Made by a program: the position numbers and the translations under genes. The notes beneath the pieces are model-generated. The model had not been told where the DNA came from. It saw only the letters and a program-made list of their open reading frames with translations, and did no database searches. DNA of 57,201 nt from a virus (Duplodnaviria; Caudoviricetes), in IMG/VR virus record IMGVR_UViG_3300036766_001162, positions 1 to 57,201 of that record; one strand, given 5' to 3'. How positions within the stretch are numbered: position 1 is the stretch's first letter; each line of letters opens with the position of its first letter. This document shows positions 8,092-18,922 of the stretch, one piece after another.

Positions 8092-8379
8092 CTAGATGCC
8101 CCACAGCGTCGGCCGCACGATCTGCTGCCGCTCCGCCTCCCGCTGGGCCGCGGCGGCGAAGAATCCCCGCAGCATCGTCCGGCCCTGTTCGTCGAGCAGC
8201 ATCGCCACGGCCGCACGCTGCATCGCCCCGATCCCTGGGGACTCCAGCACGTCGAACTGCGCCGAGTTGGGGCTGGCGAATCGGACCAGGAGCCAGGGCT
8301 GGCCTTCCTCGACCGGGGGCAGCTCCTGCACCGCCGGCTTGTCCGTGGGCAGCTTCCCGTTGATCTGTTCGTCGCTCAT
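8092..8379 (-). CDS. Hypothetical protein
   Basis: MSDEQINGKL...; ATGA coupling with the upstream gene. Confidence 0.55.
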   Translation of the reverse strand: MSDEQINGKLPTDKPAVQELPPVEEGQPWLLVRFASPNSAQFDVLESPGIGAMQRAAVAMLLDEQGRTMLRGFFAAAAQREAERQQIVRPTLWGI

Positions 8380-8627
8380 GCGTGCCTCCGTGAGATGAGA
8401 CGCCGCCACCAGGGCCGCGCCTGTTCGTGGTACTCGACGGCCGCGTCGACATGGGCGCGGAGCGCCACCGCCTCGGCGCCCGTGATGGGCACGAGGACGG
8501 TGCGGGTGCGGCTGCTCTTCAGCACGCGGAAGAGCCGGACGCCGGCGGGCGTCTCAACGGGGCAGTAGCTGCCCTCGGGGAGGTAGGGCTTCGGGGCAGT
8601 GCGGTCCGTGGCCATCATCGTGTGCAC
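8376..8627 (-). CDS. Hypothetical protein
   Basis: Tiles between terL and portal; start uncertain. Confidence 0.5.
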   Translation of the reverse strand: MHTMMATDRTAPKPYLPEGSYCPVETPAGVRLFRVLKSSRTRTVLVPITGAEAVALRAHVDAAVEYHEQARPWWRRLISRRHA

Positions 8628-8806
8628 CGCTGCTCGCCCTTGCCTTGCGGGAGTCGCAGGCCCACGCGGCCACCGGAGAGGAGCGCCGCCACCGCAACGG
8701 GCCCGACGTGCTCGAGACAGATCGGGCGACTCGTCGGGTCGTCCTCATCATCGAGCACGAGCTGGGCCCGCTTCGGGCAGGTCCCCATTCGGCGATCGTC
8801 GCTCAT
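8615..8806 (-). CDS. Hypothetical protein
   Basis: ATG at 8806 overlaps the terL stop (ATGA). Confidence 0.5.
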   Translation of the reverse strand: MSDDRRMGTCPKRAQLVLDDEDDPTSRPICLEHVGPVAVAALLSGGRVGLRLPQGKGEQRCTR

Positions 8807-10242
8807 GCTACTGCATCCTCCTTCGGCGCCTGCGCCGCCACCTTCGCGTCGAGCCAGCCCATGAGCCCGTGGTCCGTGGTCGCGAACGCGAGCATCATCG
8901 CCTCGGCGCGGTCTGGGCTTTTCACACCCCGCTTCTGCGCCTCCTCCTTGCTCTCGATCTCCATCTGGCCACGCGCGTTGTGGCGGTACCGGAGCCCGGC
9001 CAGCTGACTGACGGCGCGCTGGCTCCCGACGCCCGAGACGGCGCCGTCCTTGAAGCGCTGGCGGAGGCCGTCGTAGAGCTCGGCCTTCAGGTTCTTGTAG
9101 CGCTCCGAGTTCCGCGGGGCCTCGCCGACGTTGATGAACTCGACCGGGAAGCCCAGGTCCTCCAGGTGGCGGGCCAGGTAGTAGCCGATCCCCGCGCTGT
9201 CGACCTTCACCGAGCGGAGTCGCGGCTTGAACGGCGTCAGCGTCGCCACGATCTCGCCCCGCGGGTCCTGATTCGGCCAGGCCCGCTCGAGCAGCACGCG
9301 CGGCCCCTCGACCAGGTCGAGTACCGTCTCGTCTTCCCCGGGGCCCGCGACATCGATGCCCGCGTCGAGGGGGCCGCCGCCATCGGTGATGTCCCGCGCC
9401 TGCGCCGCCTCGAGCCAGGCGAGGCTGATGAGCGCGTCCTCGCTCTGCGCCGGGAACGATCCCAGGACGCGCGCCTCCCAGAGCGGGTGACCCGGCCCCC
9501 ACTCGGAGTGCTTCTCCTTCACCCACCGGCGCGTCGTCAGGTAGGGACGCACGTTCGTGTCGAGCGCCTCCTCCGGCATCCCGAGGATGTCCTCGAGCGT
9601 CAGCCCGGCCAGGTTCGGCGTGTCGAACGCGCCGATGGTGAACGGCGCCCAGCCGTCGCGGTTGTCGGTGAAGGCGTCATGAAACGGCCCGCTCGCAATC
9701 GTCGGATTCCCGAGGGCCAGGATTCGCACGTCGCCGCCGGCGCGCGCGCCTTCGATGGCCTCCCAGATGTCCGGCTTCACGCCGGGCGCCTCGTCGAGGA
9801 TGACCAGGATGTGGTTGCCGTGGAAGCCCTGGAACCGCACGCCCTCGTTGGTCGACAGGCCGATGGCGTAGTTCCCGGGGCCGAGCTTCAGCTCCGTGGT
9901 GTTGGCCTTCGGGTAGGCGATCCGCGCGCTCGCGATCGCCTTGTGGATCTCGCCCCAGAGCAGAAGCTCCACCTGCGTCCACGTGGGTGCCGTCGTAACG
10001 ACGATGCCGTCGTCGAAGCGCGTCACCCACCAGAGCGCCGCCAGGGCGGCGACCATGGTCTTGCCGCTGGCGTGGCAGGCCTTCACGGCGGTACGCGGGC
10101 GCGTCGCCACGGAGCGGAGGATGGCTTCCTGCGTGGCCCACAGGTCTTGCTGTAGAAACGTCTGAGCAAAGGCCACCGGATCCATCAGGCATTCGACGGC
10201 CTGGCCCTCCAGCCGTTCGCGATCGTCTCCCGCCGCGTTCAT
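8803..10242 (-). CDS. terL: Terminase large subunit
   Basis: Walker A ACHASGKT, Walker B ILVILDEA, LGNP, and an RNase H-like domain (GIDVAGPGEDET...SPDRAEA). Confidence 0.95.
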   Translation of the reverse strand: MNAAGDDRERLEGQAVECLMDPVAFAQTFLQQDLWATQEAILRSVATRPRTAVKACHASGKTMVAALAALWWVTRFDDGIVVTTAPTWTQVELLLWGEIHKAIASARIAYPKANTTELKLGPGNYAIGLSTNEGVRFQGFHGNHILVILDEAPGVKPDIWEAIEGARAGGDVRILALGNPTIASGPFHDAFTDNRDGWAPFTIGAFDTPNLAGLTLEDILGMPEEALDTNVRPYLTTRRWVKEKHSEWGPGHPLWEARVLGSFPAQSEDALISLAWLEAAQARDITDGGGPLDAGIDVAGPGEDETVLDLVEGPRVLLERAWPNQDPRGEIVATLTPFKPRLRSVKVDSAGIGYYLARHLEDLGFPVEFINVGEAPRNSERYKNLKAELYDGLRQRFKDGAVSGVGSQRAVSQLAGLRYRHNARGQMEIESKEEAQKRGVKSPDRAEAMMLAFATTDHGLMGWLDAKVAAQAPKEDAVA

Positions 10243-10706
10243 CGCCCCGCACCGCGCTTCTCGAGGAGCGCCCGGAGGGCCTCCAGCCCGAACACGGGCT
10301 GACCGTCCTTGCCCGTCACCTCATGCCGCTCGACGAACATTCCCAGGTGCTTCCCGATCAGTTCCAGTGCCCGGTTGGCGACCGAGCCCGCATAGACATA
10401 TTCGCCCGTCGGCTCCCCCTTCGAGTCGAGCACCGGCTCGGCTTGCAACGCGCGCTGCAGGTTCTTCCGTAGGTTCCGCAGTACCCAGTCCGCACTCAAC
10501 TCTGCCCGCTTCGTGCGCGCTGCCTTGCCCGCAGCGATGGCAGCGCCCACCCGAACATTCCCCAACAACCGCGGGCCCTGCACGTCCGCCGTCTTCGCGC
10601 TGTACCCGGCCCGGATCGCGGCCTGCGTCGCGTTCAGGTCCTTCAGGTATTCCTCGACGAAGCGGCCCTGGCGCGGCGTGAGCTTCCCGAGCGCGGTCAC
10701 GCGCAC
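10239..10706 (-). CDS. terS: Terminase small subunit
   Basis: LTPRQGRFVEEYLKDLNATQAAIRAGYS...ALELIGKHLGMF. Confidence 0.95.
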   Translation of the reverse strand: MRVTALGKLTPRQGRFVEEYLKDLNATQAAIRAGYSAKTADVQGPRLLGNVRVGAAIAAGKAARTKRAELSADWVLRNLRKNLQRALQAEPVLDSKGEPTGEYVYAGSVANRALELIGKHLGMFVERHEVTGKDGQPVFGLEALRALLEKRGAGR

Positions 10707-11197
10707 ATCTCGAACGCGCGCGGCGGCGCGGGCATTGGGGCGCGCGCCTCCCAGGGCTCGGCCAGCGGCGCGCCGCTGGGCTGGAACTGCCCGTGCCCCT
10801 CGCGCCGCAGCTTCCGCAGCTCGAAGAGGTCGGCGTGCTCCGGATGGTGCAGGAGGAAGAGCCGGCTGTAGAGCGCGTGGAGGTGATCGTTCAGCTTGAA
10901 CTCGGCGTCGTGCGTCATGGCGACGTGCACTTCCCAGCGCACGCGCTCCCAGACCATGCGGACGCCGTAGCGGTGGCTTTTCCGCTCGGACCGGGCCCGC
11001 GCCTGGGCCGCCTCAAGGGCAAACCGCTCGACCGCGCGGTAGACCTCGGGGTGCGCCGCATGGAACGCGAGGAAGCGGGCGAGCTTCTCGGTACGACCGA
11101 CCTGGTCCTGCACCTGGGCGATGAGGAGCGCCATGGCGGCGGCGACGGGGCAGGCGCGGGTCGGCTGCGCGAAGAGGGGGCCGAGCCCGGGCGTCAC
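10697..11197 (-). CDS. Conserved phage hypothetical protein
   Basis: FHAAHPEVY..FALEA..VWERVRWE..FKLND..YSRLF..LFELR; coupled to its neighbours. Confidence 0.65.
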   Translation of the reverse strand: MTPGLGPLFAQPTRACPVAAAMALLIAQVQDQVGRTEKLARFLAFHAAHPEVYRAVERFALEAAQARARSERKSHRYGVRMVWERVRWEVHVAMTHDAEFKLNDHLHALYSRLFLLHHPEHADLFELRKLRREGHGQFQPSGAPLAEPWEARAPMPAPPRAFEMCA

Positions 11198-12186
11198 GCG
11201 CGGGCCTCCGCCTGGTCGGCGATCCGCACGCCCTCGGCCAGCACGTCGTCGAGCGCGTCCATGATGAACCGGATGTCATTGGCGAGGGCAGCGAACGCGC
11301 GGAACTTGGCGACGAACGCTTCGGACAGTTCGATGGCCTTCTCGGCGTGCTCCCGCGATCGGAGGGCGAGTCGGGCGTACTTCGGCAGCGGCGTCTCCCG
11401 CCCGTGCGGTCTCGTCGCACGTCCGGGGATGATCGTCTCGGCCACGGGCGCCGTCGGCGAGGGCGGGGGCGGAGATAGCGGGGAGATCGGCACATCCCCG
11501 GCGAGGTCGAGGATGCGCTGGCCGAGCGTGCCACAGTGCGGCCCGAGCCCCTGCGCCTCGATCCGCGAGACGCGGGTGACCGACAGGCCGAGCAACGCCC
11601 CCATCTCGGTCTGGGAGAGGCCACGCGCCTTCCGGGTGCGCCGGAGGAGCGCCCCGATCTCGGGCCCCATGATGGGGGGTGCTACCGGCGGCGCGGCCGC
11701 GACCGCCGCCGCCAGCGCGGCGATCTTGGCCTGGCACTCGGGAGACGGCTTCCGGCGCCCGTGCTCGAGGTTGCCGACGTAGACCTTGCAGACCCCGAGA
11801 CGCTCGGCGGCTTGTGCCTGCGTGAGGCGGGCCCGTGCGCGAATCCCGCCGAGGACGGCGCCCCAATCGCGCGCGCCGGGCGTGGGGGCATCTGCGGCCG
11901 CCGCCACCCGGGGCGTGCCGTTCCCCCGCGCGGGCGGATCCTCGACCGCAGCCGGGGCCATGGGCGGGGGCGCGGCCGGCACGGCGTCGTGCCGCGGCCA
12001 GGTGCCCGCGTGCTGCGCCTCGCGGCGGATCAGGTCCGAGAACCGCGGCGACGGATCGTCCATCCCGGTCTCGATCAGGTTGACGTCGTTCCGCGACATC
12101 CCGAGCCGGGCGGCCCACGCGCGCTGGTCGAGGTGCAGCGCCTGGCGCGTCGCCTTCGACACGTCGCCGTAGTCGACGAGGTTCAC
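11194..12186 (-). CDS. Transcriptional regulator with three XRE-type HTH domains
   Basis: Three HTH units (LDQRAWAARLGMSRNDVNLIETG; LTQAQAAERLGVCKVYVGNLEHG; LSQTEMGALLGLSVTRVSRIE) separated by Pro/Ala linkers. Confidence 0.85.
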   Translation of the reverse strand: MNLVDYGDVSKATRQALHLDQRAWAARLGMSRNDVNLIETGMDDPSPRFSDLIRREAQHAGTWPRHDAVPAAPPPMAPAAVEDPPARGNGTPRVAAAADAPTPGARDWGAVLGGIRARARLTQAQAAERLGVCKVYVGNLEHGRRKPSPECQAKIAALAAAVAAAPPVAPPIMGPEIGALLRRTRKARGLSQTEMGALLGLSVTRVSRIEAQGLGPHCGTLGQRILDLAGDVPISPLSPPPPSPTAPVAETIIPGRATRPHGRETPLPKYARLALRSREHAEKAIELSEAFVAKFRAFAALANDIRFIMDALDDVLAEGVRIADQAEARA

Positions 12187-12872
12187 GCCCGCCTCGCGGG
12201 ATGCCGGGACCGCGGCCGGCGAGTGATGGGCCGGTCGAGTTGCCGGCGGTAGCGCCAGCGCAGCGTGCGGAGGCGCGCGCCGTACTCGTCCGGAATCGTC
12301 GGGATCGGGAGCGTGGCGAGGAAGGCGACACTCTGCGCGAAGGCCTTGTCAGTGCCGGCCGCCGGGAAGCGCACCTGCGCCCACAGTTTGCGCGCGAGCG
12401 TGCGTTCGTAGTCGGACATCGGACGCCGCGTGACGGTCGGCGGGACCATTCCCACCGCCGCCCCCTCTCCCGCGGCGGCGTCCGACTGCGAGGCCTGTCG
12501 GCCGAAAGGCAGGGTGCGGGAGACATCGGGAAGGCGGACGCCGGGAAGACCCAGCGGGAGCTGTCGTGTGGGGGCGAGCATCGGCATCACCAGGGGCGCT
12601 CCCGGTCGGTCAGCACCCGAAGGGCCAGGTAGAGCGCGAGGCCGATCAGCACGGCATCGAGGAACCCGATGTGGTGCGCCAACCCGGCGGCCAGCAATAA
12701 GGCGGTCGTCTCGATCATGCGGCACTCCCGCCGTGGAGGCGCTGGCGCAGCCGCGGGCGACGACGGCCCCGCGCGATCGGGACGACGGGCGTCGGCGAGG
12801 GCGGCCACCAGGCGCGGAGCGCGCGGCGGAGGGCCTGCCAGAGGCGGATGAGCATCCCGCGGCAGAGGGCGG

Positions 12873-13181
12873 TCAGCACAGGGCCCTCCGTTCGAGGTCG
12901 CGGCGCGTCGCCGCTTCGATGGCGGCGAGGACGGTCGGCGCGATGCGCGCCAACGCCCGCCGCATGACATGGCGCTCCTCCACGACCAGGTGCGCGCGGC
13001 CGAGGGCGCGGGTCGCTTCCTGCAAGAAGCCGTCGAGGTCCATGCTGAGCAGGCGGAGGGCGCACGGGGGGCAGTACAGACTGGCCGCATGCGGAAATCC
13101 GAAGCACGGCTGGCCGCAGCCCGCGCAGGTCCGAAGATCGTCGGCCCGTGGGCTATAGTTGCGGGTCAAGGGGATGCTCAT
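12873..13181 (-). CDS. Small Zn-finger hypothetical protein
   Basis: CAGC...CPPC; ATGA coupling. Confidence 0.5.
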   Translation of the reverse strand: MSIPLTRNYSPRADDLRTCAGCGQPCFGFPHAASLYCPPCALRLLSMDLDGFLQEATRALGRAHLVVEERHVMRRALARIAPTVLAAIEAATRRDLERRALC

Positions 13182-13987
13182 GCGACGTGCCCCCACGCGA
13201 CCCGGCGCAGGATGTCGCGAATCTGGCGAGGACTGATCCCGAAGGCAATCGCCAACGCAGCCATGGTGGCACCGAGCGCCTGCTGCCCACGAAGCTGGCG
13301 CACATCCTCCTCGGTGATCCTCGCCTGGCCGTTCCGCGATCCTCGCGGCGCGCGGTCCGGATGCCGACGCATCCCATGCTCATCGCCGCGCCGCAGTGAT
13401 TCTGGATGAGTGCGAGTGCCGTTACGATTGCCGGCCGCCGTCCGCCCCTTTAGGGCGCAGTCATGCATGTTGTCGGCGTGCGTTCCTAGAAAGAGGTGTT
13501 CTGGGTTGACGCACGGCGGCGTATCGCATCGATGCAGAACGTGAAGTCCATTCGGGATGGGCCCGTGCGCGAGCACCCAGGAGATGCGATGGGCGCCGCG
13601 GCGCCCCCCCTCCACCGACAGTTGGCCATAGCCAGAGGTTGAGAGCTTCCCCTGCCACAGCCAGCAACCCAGCGCCGGGCGGGATGACACCTTCGCCCGG
13701 AATCGGGCCGCCAAGTCCCCCGGGTCTTCGAGAACCAAGTGCCCGGGGTTCACACACGCGCGTACACCGCAACGGTGAAGCACAAACATCCCGTCGGGCA
13801 CGGGACCATGCGTGAGCTTCCATGCCATCCGATGCGCCCGGCCGGTCTCGCCGCGATCTCCGAAAAACGCGCCGTAGCCGTTCTGGAAATAACCGGCCTT
13901 CCACGGCCAGCAGCTATCCGCCCCAGCCTTCTCGACCTTCGACCAGAACCGCTCGGCCAGGGGCGCCCGATGGGAGATGGCAGCCAT
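13178..13987 (-). CDS. Tandem HNH endonuclease with a C-terminal HTH
   Basis: Two CWxW..GYG..AHR..VLHRC..CVNPxHL units. Confidence 0.9.
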   Translation of the reverse strand: MAAISHRAPLAERFWSKVEKAGADSCWPWKAGYFQNGYGAFFGDRGETGRAHRMAWKLTHGPVPDGMFVLHRCGVRACVNPGHLVLEDPGDLAARFRAKVSSRPALGCWLWQGKLSTSGYGQLSVEGGRRGAHRISWVLAHGPIPNGLHVLHRCDTPPCVNPEHLFLGTHADNMHDCALKGRTAAGNRNGTRTHPESLRRGDEHGMRRHPDRAPRGSRNGQARITEEDVRQLRGQQALGATMAALAIAFGISPRQIRDILRRVAWGHVA

Positions 13988-14096
13988 CGTCAGTTCGGGA
14001 AGACCGCCGTCTGGAGGAGGTAGGCCCACAGGGACATGCGGACGCGCCAGGGCGTGCGACCGCGACGTATCCCGACCACGAGGATGCGGCGCTTCG

Positions 14097-14681
14097 TCAT
14101 GCCGCGCGCGCCTTCATCCATTTGCGGCCGATCGTGTAGGTCTCGGGCGCCCACAGGTCGTAATGCGGCAGCGCCACCCGCTGGGCGCGATACGTCGCGC
14201 TGTCGACGGCGTCGAAGTGGTCGATCAGCAGGTAGAACTCGAGCGCCGCCCGCATCCCGGCGGCACCGAGCGCGACGACCGTGTAGTGGCCCTCGGCGTG
14301 CAACGCCGCGAGCCACGCTTCTTGCGACGGGCTGGTGACCCCGGCGAGCGTCTTCAACTCGCCGTAGAAGCCGTGAAAGGGCCCGCGCGCGACCGGGAGC
14401 ACGAGGTCGGGCACCCCGGCGCGCAGCCCTTCGGCCTTCAGGCGGCCGGCCGTGCGCTTCGACCGGTACCCGCCGTTCGGGACCGCGTAGAGCAGCCGCA
14501 GCGCCGGCATTTGCCGGAGCGCCAACAGGTCCGCCCACGCGATGACCGCCTGCTGCTCCGCGCTCTCGCTGGCGTGCGGACCCGCCGAGGCGGTCAGCGC
14601 GCGACGCCCGGTTGCCACGCCGAGGCCCCGGCGCCGCGCGGTACTGCGGAGGGCATACGAGTAGCGGACGGGGCGGCTCAT
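14097..14681 (-). CDS. VRR-NUC domain nuclease (putative resolvase)
   Basis: ESAEQQAV..AVPNGGYR..LKAEGLRAGVPDL..GFYGELK..SQEAW. Confidence 0.85.
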   Translation of the reverse strand: MSRPVRYSYALRSTARRRGLGVATGRRALTASAGPHASESAEQQAVIAWADLLALRQMPALRLLYAVPNGGYRSKRTAGRLKAEGLRAGVPDLVLPVARGPFHGFYGELKTLAGVTSPSQEAWLAALHAEGHYTVVALGAAGMRAALEFYLLIDHFDAVDSATYRAQRVALPHYDLWAPETYTIGRKWMKARAA

Positions 14682-14849
14682 GCGGGCCTCGGTGGCGTAG
14701 CCAGCGACACCTGTTTCGCGCACAATCGCAGTTGCGCGGCATAGAGCAGGCACACATCGGGCTCGAGTTCCTCCGGCGTCTCGAGCAGCCGCGTGAGCCG
14801 ATCCCGGACGCGCGTGAGACTCGCCACAACAGGCGCGGGCGCGGCCATG

Positions 14850-16117
14850 CTACACGCCCTCCCGCGGGTGGAACATTGTCAGCGGCCCGTCCCACGTCAG
14901 GTTGACGACGCCCTGCGGCCCCCCGCGATTCTTCGCCACCAGCAGCGTGGCCTCCGTGGCGGCTCGGTCCTCCCGGTGCAGGAACCAGACGGCGTCGGCA
15001 TCCTGTTCGATCTCGCCCGAATCGCGCAAGTCCGACAACGTCGGCGGCCGCAGCACGCCGTCCCGCTCCGCGCCGCGGTTCAACTGCGACACGAGCAACA
15101 CCGCGCAGTGCAGCTCGCGTCCGAGCGCCTTGAGCGCCTTCGTGAGCCGCCCGATGCGCAACGTCTGCGACTCATGCCGCGCGTGCGCGTCCGCGAGGAA
15201 GCCCAGGTGGTCGATCACGAGCAGGTCGAGCGCCGTCCGCGCGTGGTGCCGCCGGGCCATGGCCGCGATCTCCGCCGTCGTGATGACCGCCGCGTCCGAC
15301 AGCCAGATCGGCGGCAGGGCCACGCCCGCTGCGATCACCGCCTCCTGCTGCCGCGGTGTGAGGAAGGCTTGCCGGAGCCCCTCCGTCGACACCTGCGCCC
15401 GGGACGCCAGCACGCGCTCCATGATTTGCCAGCGCGACATTTCCGGCGAGCACACCCCGACGTGGCCCCCCGCGTCCCCAACCGCCAACGCGAATTGCTG
15501 GGCGATGGCGCTCTTCCCGATGCTGGGCCGCGCCGCCAACACCGTGAGTTCGCCGCGCTGAATCCCGCCCGACAGCCGATCGAGCACGCGGAACCCCGTC
15601 GACAGTCCCGGCAACGACCCCGCCTGCCGCGCGAGCAAGCGCTCGATGTACGCCCCGGCCGCCACCGGGTAGAGCGGCTGATCCTGCTCCGCCAGCGGGG
15701 CATCCACCGCGCGCAATCGCGCCAGCACCTCCTCGACGCTGCCCACCTCGGCGTCCTCGGGGTGCGCCGCCAACGCCGATAGCGCGGTGCCGGCGTCGCG
15801 CAGCAGGCGGCGCCGCGCGAAGGCATGCAACGTCGGCAGCACCGCGCCGACGACCGTGCGCTCCGCGGCGTGCAGGGCATCCGCCACGAGCAAGCCCGGA
15901 TTGCCGATGCCCGCGGTCACGAGCACCTCGACCGCGCTCAGCGCATCGACCGTCACTCCGCGCCGCGCCATCGCGGCCAACTGCCGCCAGGCCGGCGCGT
16001 AGGCGGGATCGGCCACGAGGGTGTCGGCCACGTCGGGGCGGTCGATCAGCGCACGGTCGCCGAGCAGCAGCCCGAGGAGCGCTTGCTCGGCAGGCGGATG
16101 CGTCCAGGCGGCGGCGC

Positions 16118-16121
<4 letters not shown>
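14850..16121 (-). CDS. dnaB: DnaB-like replicative helicase
   Basis: LSTGFRVLD, AARPSIGKS, VIDHL, VSQLNR, LSDLRDSGEIEQDAD, VAKNRGG. Confidence 0.95.
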
Positions 16122-17112
<991 letters not shown>

Positions 17113-17113
<1 letters not shown>

Positions 17114-17427
17114 CAGAACCGCGCCGCCTCCCCGCGAGAATCAAACCGTCCGACCTTCGCGGCGTTACAGCGATCACAGAGGGCCTGCAGGTTCTCGGGA
17201 TGATGGGAGCCGCCATTGCGCCGACTGAGGATGTGATCGGCGACCAGGTTTTCAATGGATCCGCACCGCCTACACCGGTTCCCGTCCCGCGCGAGGACGA
17301 ACGCCCGAAGGTCGCGGTGTAGAGGAATCCGACCCGGCTTGAGTCTCCCCAGAATCGTCGGGACCGCGCGCGGGCGTCCCTGAGGGTCTGTCCAGAAGCG
17401 CGCGCGCACCTTCGCGTACTCGCGCAT
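17113..17427 (-). CDS. HNH (McrA-like) endonuclease
   Basis: VLARDGNRCRRCGS..LVADHI..GGSHHPENLQALCDRCNAAK. Confidence 0.9.
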
Positions 17428-17630
17428 CAGCCCCGCCCTCCCACCAGCACCCCGGGCAATTCGCCCCACGCCTGCTCGAGCGCCCGCGTCGCCCGCTGCA
17501 ACGCGAGCCCAGCCTCAACGAGGTCCGCCGTCGTGCCCCGTCCCGCCGCGAGGTCGCGCAACAGGTGCGCCCCCTGCTCGGCGTCCGACGCCGCGAGGCT
17601 CAAGCTGCGGGCCACGACGGATGCGCTCAT
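17427..17630 (-). CDS. Hypothetical protein
   Basis: Translationally coupled on both sides. Confidence 0.5.
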   Translation of the reverse strand: MSASVVARSLSLAASDAEQGAHLLRDLAAGRGTTADLVEAGLALQRATRALEQAWGELPGVLVGGRG

Positions 17631-18076
17631 GCCGGCCGCGCCTTCTCGGGCCACCGACCCGGGCCGAGTTTCTTCGGGTTGGGCCGCGACGGGCGCACGT
17701 CGCTGCGCCGGCACGCGAACGCATGCGTCCGCATCCGCGGGGCGATCGGGGCCAGCAAGGGCAATCGCGCCCGGACCGCGCTCACGTCCAAGCCGAGGAT
17801 GGCAGCCACGTTGACGAACGCGAACGCGGGCGCCCGATCCTCGGAGGCAAACCACGCGACCGCTTGGCCGCGCAACTCCTGCCCTTTCGGGGTGCCGGGA
17901 TGCTTGCGCACTAGGTCCAGCGCGTCCTCCACCATCGCCGCCAGCAGCTTCCGCTCGGGACTGGCCCCGGAGATGCGCGTGACCTGACTCGCGAGGAGCA
18001 CGTCGACCCCGAACATGCGACCGACCCGATCGAGGTCACCGCCCTTCGTGGACGTCAGGATCGAGACCGACCTCAC
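17627..18076 (-). CDS. Conserved hypothetical protein, paralogue of 18073-18768
   Basis: SPERKLLAAMVEDA..AWFASED..FAFVNVAAILGLD..VRARL; GTGA coupling. Confidence 0.7.
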   Translation of the reverse strand: MRSVSILTSTKGGDLDRVGRMFGVDVLLASQVTRISGASPERKLLAAMVEDALDLVRKHPGTPKGQELRGQAVAWFASEDRAPAFAFVNVAAILGLDVSAVRARLPLLAPIAPRMRTHAFACRRSDVRPSRPNPKKLGPGRWPEKARPA

Positions 18077-18768
18077 GCGGACATCCCGGCAATGTCTGCT
18101 CGGAGGCCCACGAGGAGTTCCCTGCGCCGACGCCAGACGCGCCGCGGGAGCGACGGCGATGATGCGACCGCGATCGGCGCGCGCGCGAGGGGACGCCGCG
18201 GGTCCGCGATCGGCGCCCGCCCACAGACCATGGTCCGCGTGCCGCCCTGCCGATGCTGCCGCGGGAAGACGCGCCGCTCGGCCGCACACCGCCGCAGCCC
18301 GCGACGGAGCGCGCCGACGGACAGCCCGAGCACGTCACAGATGCTCACGAATGCGAACGGCCATTCGGCTTCCGCGCTCTCGATCCACTCCCACGCGAGC
18401 GCAGCCCCGGAGCCCGCGGCCATGGCCCCGCCCCGCAAGGGCCGCGCCCGCAGCGCACAGTCGATCGCGTCCTTGAGCACCGCATGGGCGAGCCGCTGCT
18501 CCGGACTCCACTCGCGATGGGGCGCCTCCCACTGCTCGGGAAGCACCACCTCGTCCGTGAGCAGACCGCCCACCGTGCGCGCCACGGTGCCCGCGTCCCA
18601 GACGCCGATCCCCACACCGGCCGCGACCGCCCCGCCGCCGCTGTGTCCCCGCCCGCTGGCCCCGGCAAATTCCCCCGCGGTCCCCTCCACGTCCGACCCC
18701 GCCGACACGCGCACCCCCGAGGCCGCGTGCCCCCTGACCGTCCTTGCCGCCATGCCGCTGGCGCCCAT
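18073..18768 (-). CDS. Conserved hypothetical protein (possible regulator)
   Basis: VLPEQW..SPEQRLAHAVLKDA..EWIES..WPFAFVSICDVLGL..LRRGL; GGAGG RBS. Confidence 0.7.
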   Translation of the reverse strand: MGASGMAARTVRGHAASGVRVSAGSDVEGTAGEFAGASGRGHSGGGAVAAGVGIGVWDAGTVARTVGGLLTDEVVLPEQWEAPHREWSPEQRLAHAVLKDAIDCALRARPLRGGAMAAGSGAALAWEWIESAEAEWPFAFVSICDVLGLSVGALRRGLRRCAAERRVFPRQHRQGGTRTMVCGRAPIADPRRPLARAPIAVASSPSLPRRVWRRRRELLVGLRADIAGMSA

Positions 18769-18841
18769 CCTCCACCGCCTCCCTTGGTAGCTGCTACGTC
18801 ACATGCGCTACGAGATAGGCAAGGGTTCGCCGCATCTTCCC

Positions 18842-18871
18842 TTGACAGCTTGCTCGTTCTTCGCGTACCGC
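18842..18871 (+). promoter_or_regulatory. Candidate integrase promoter
   Basis: TTGACA-N18-TACCGC, with the same spacing as the immunity-region promoters. Confidence 0.45.
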
Positions 18872-18922
18872 TGACGCCAGACGCGGAGGGGCGGCGCCTC
18901 GGACGGCGAGGAAGGCACGCCG

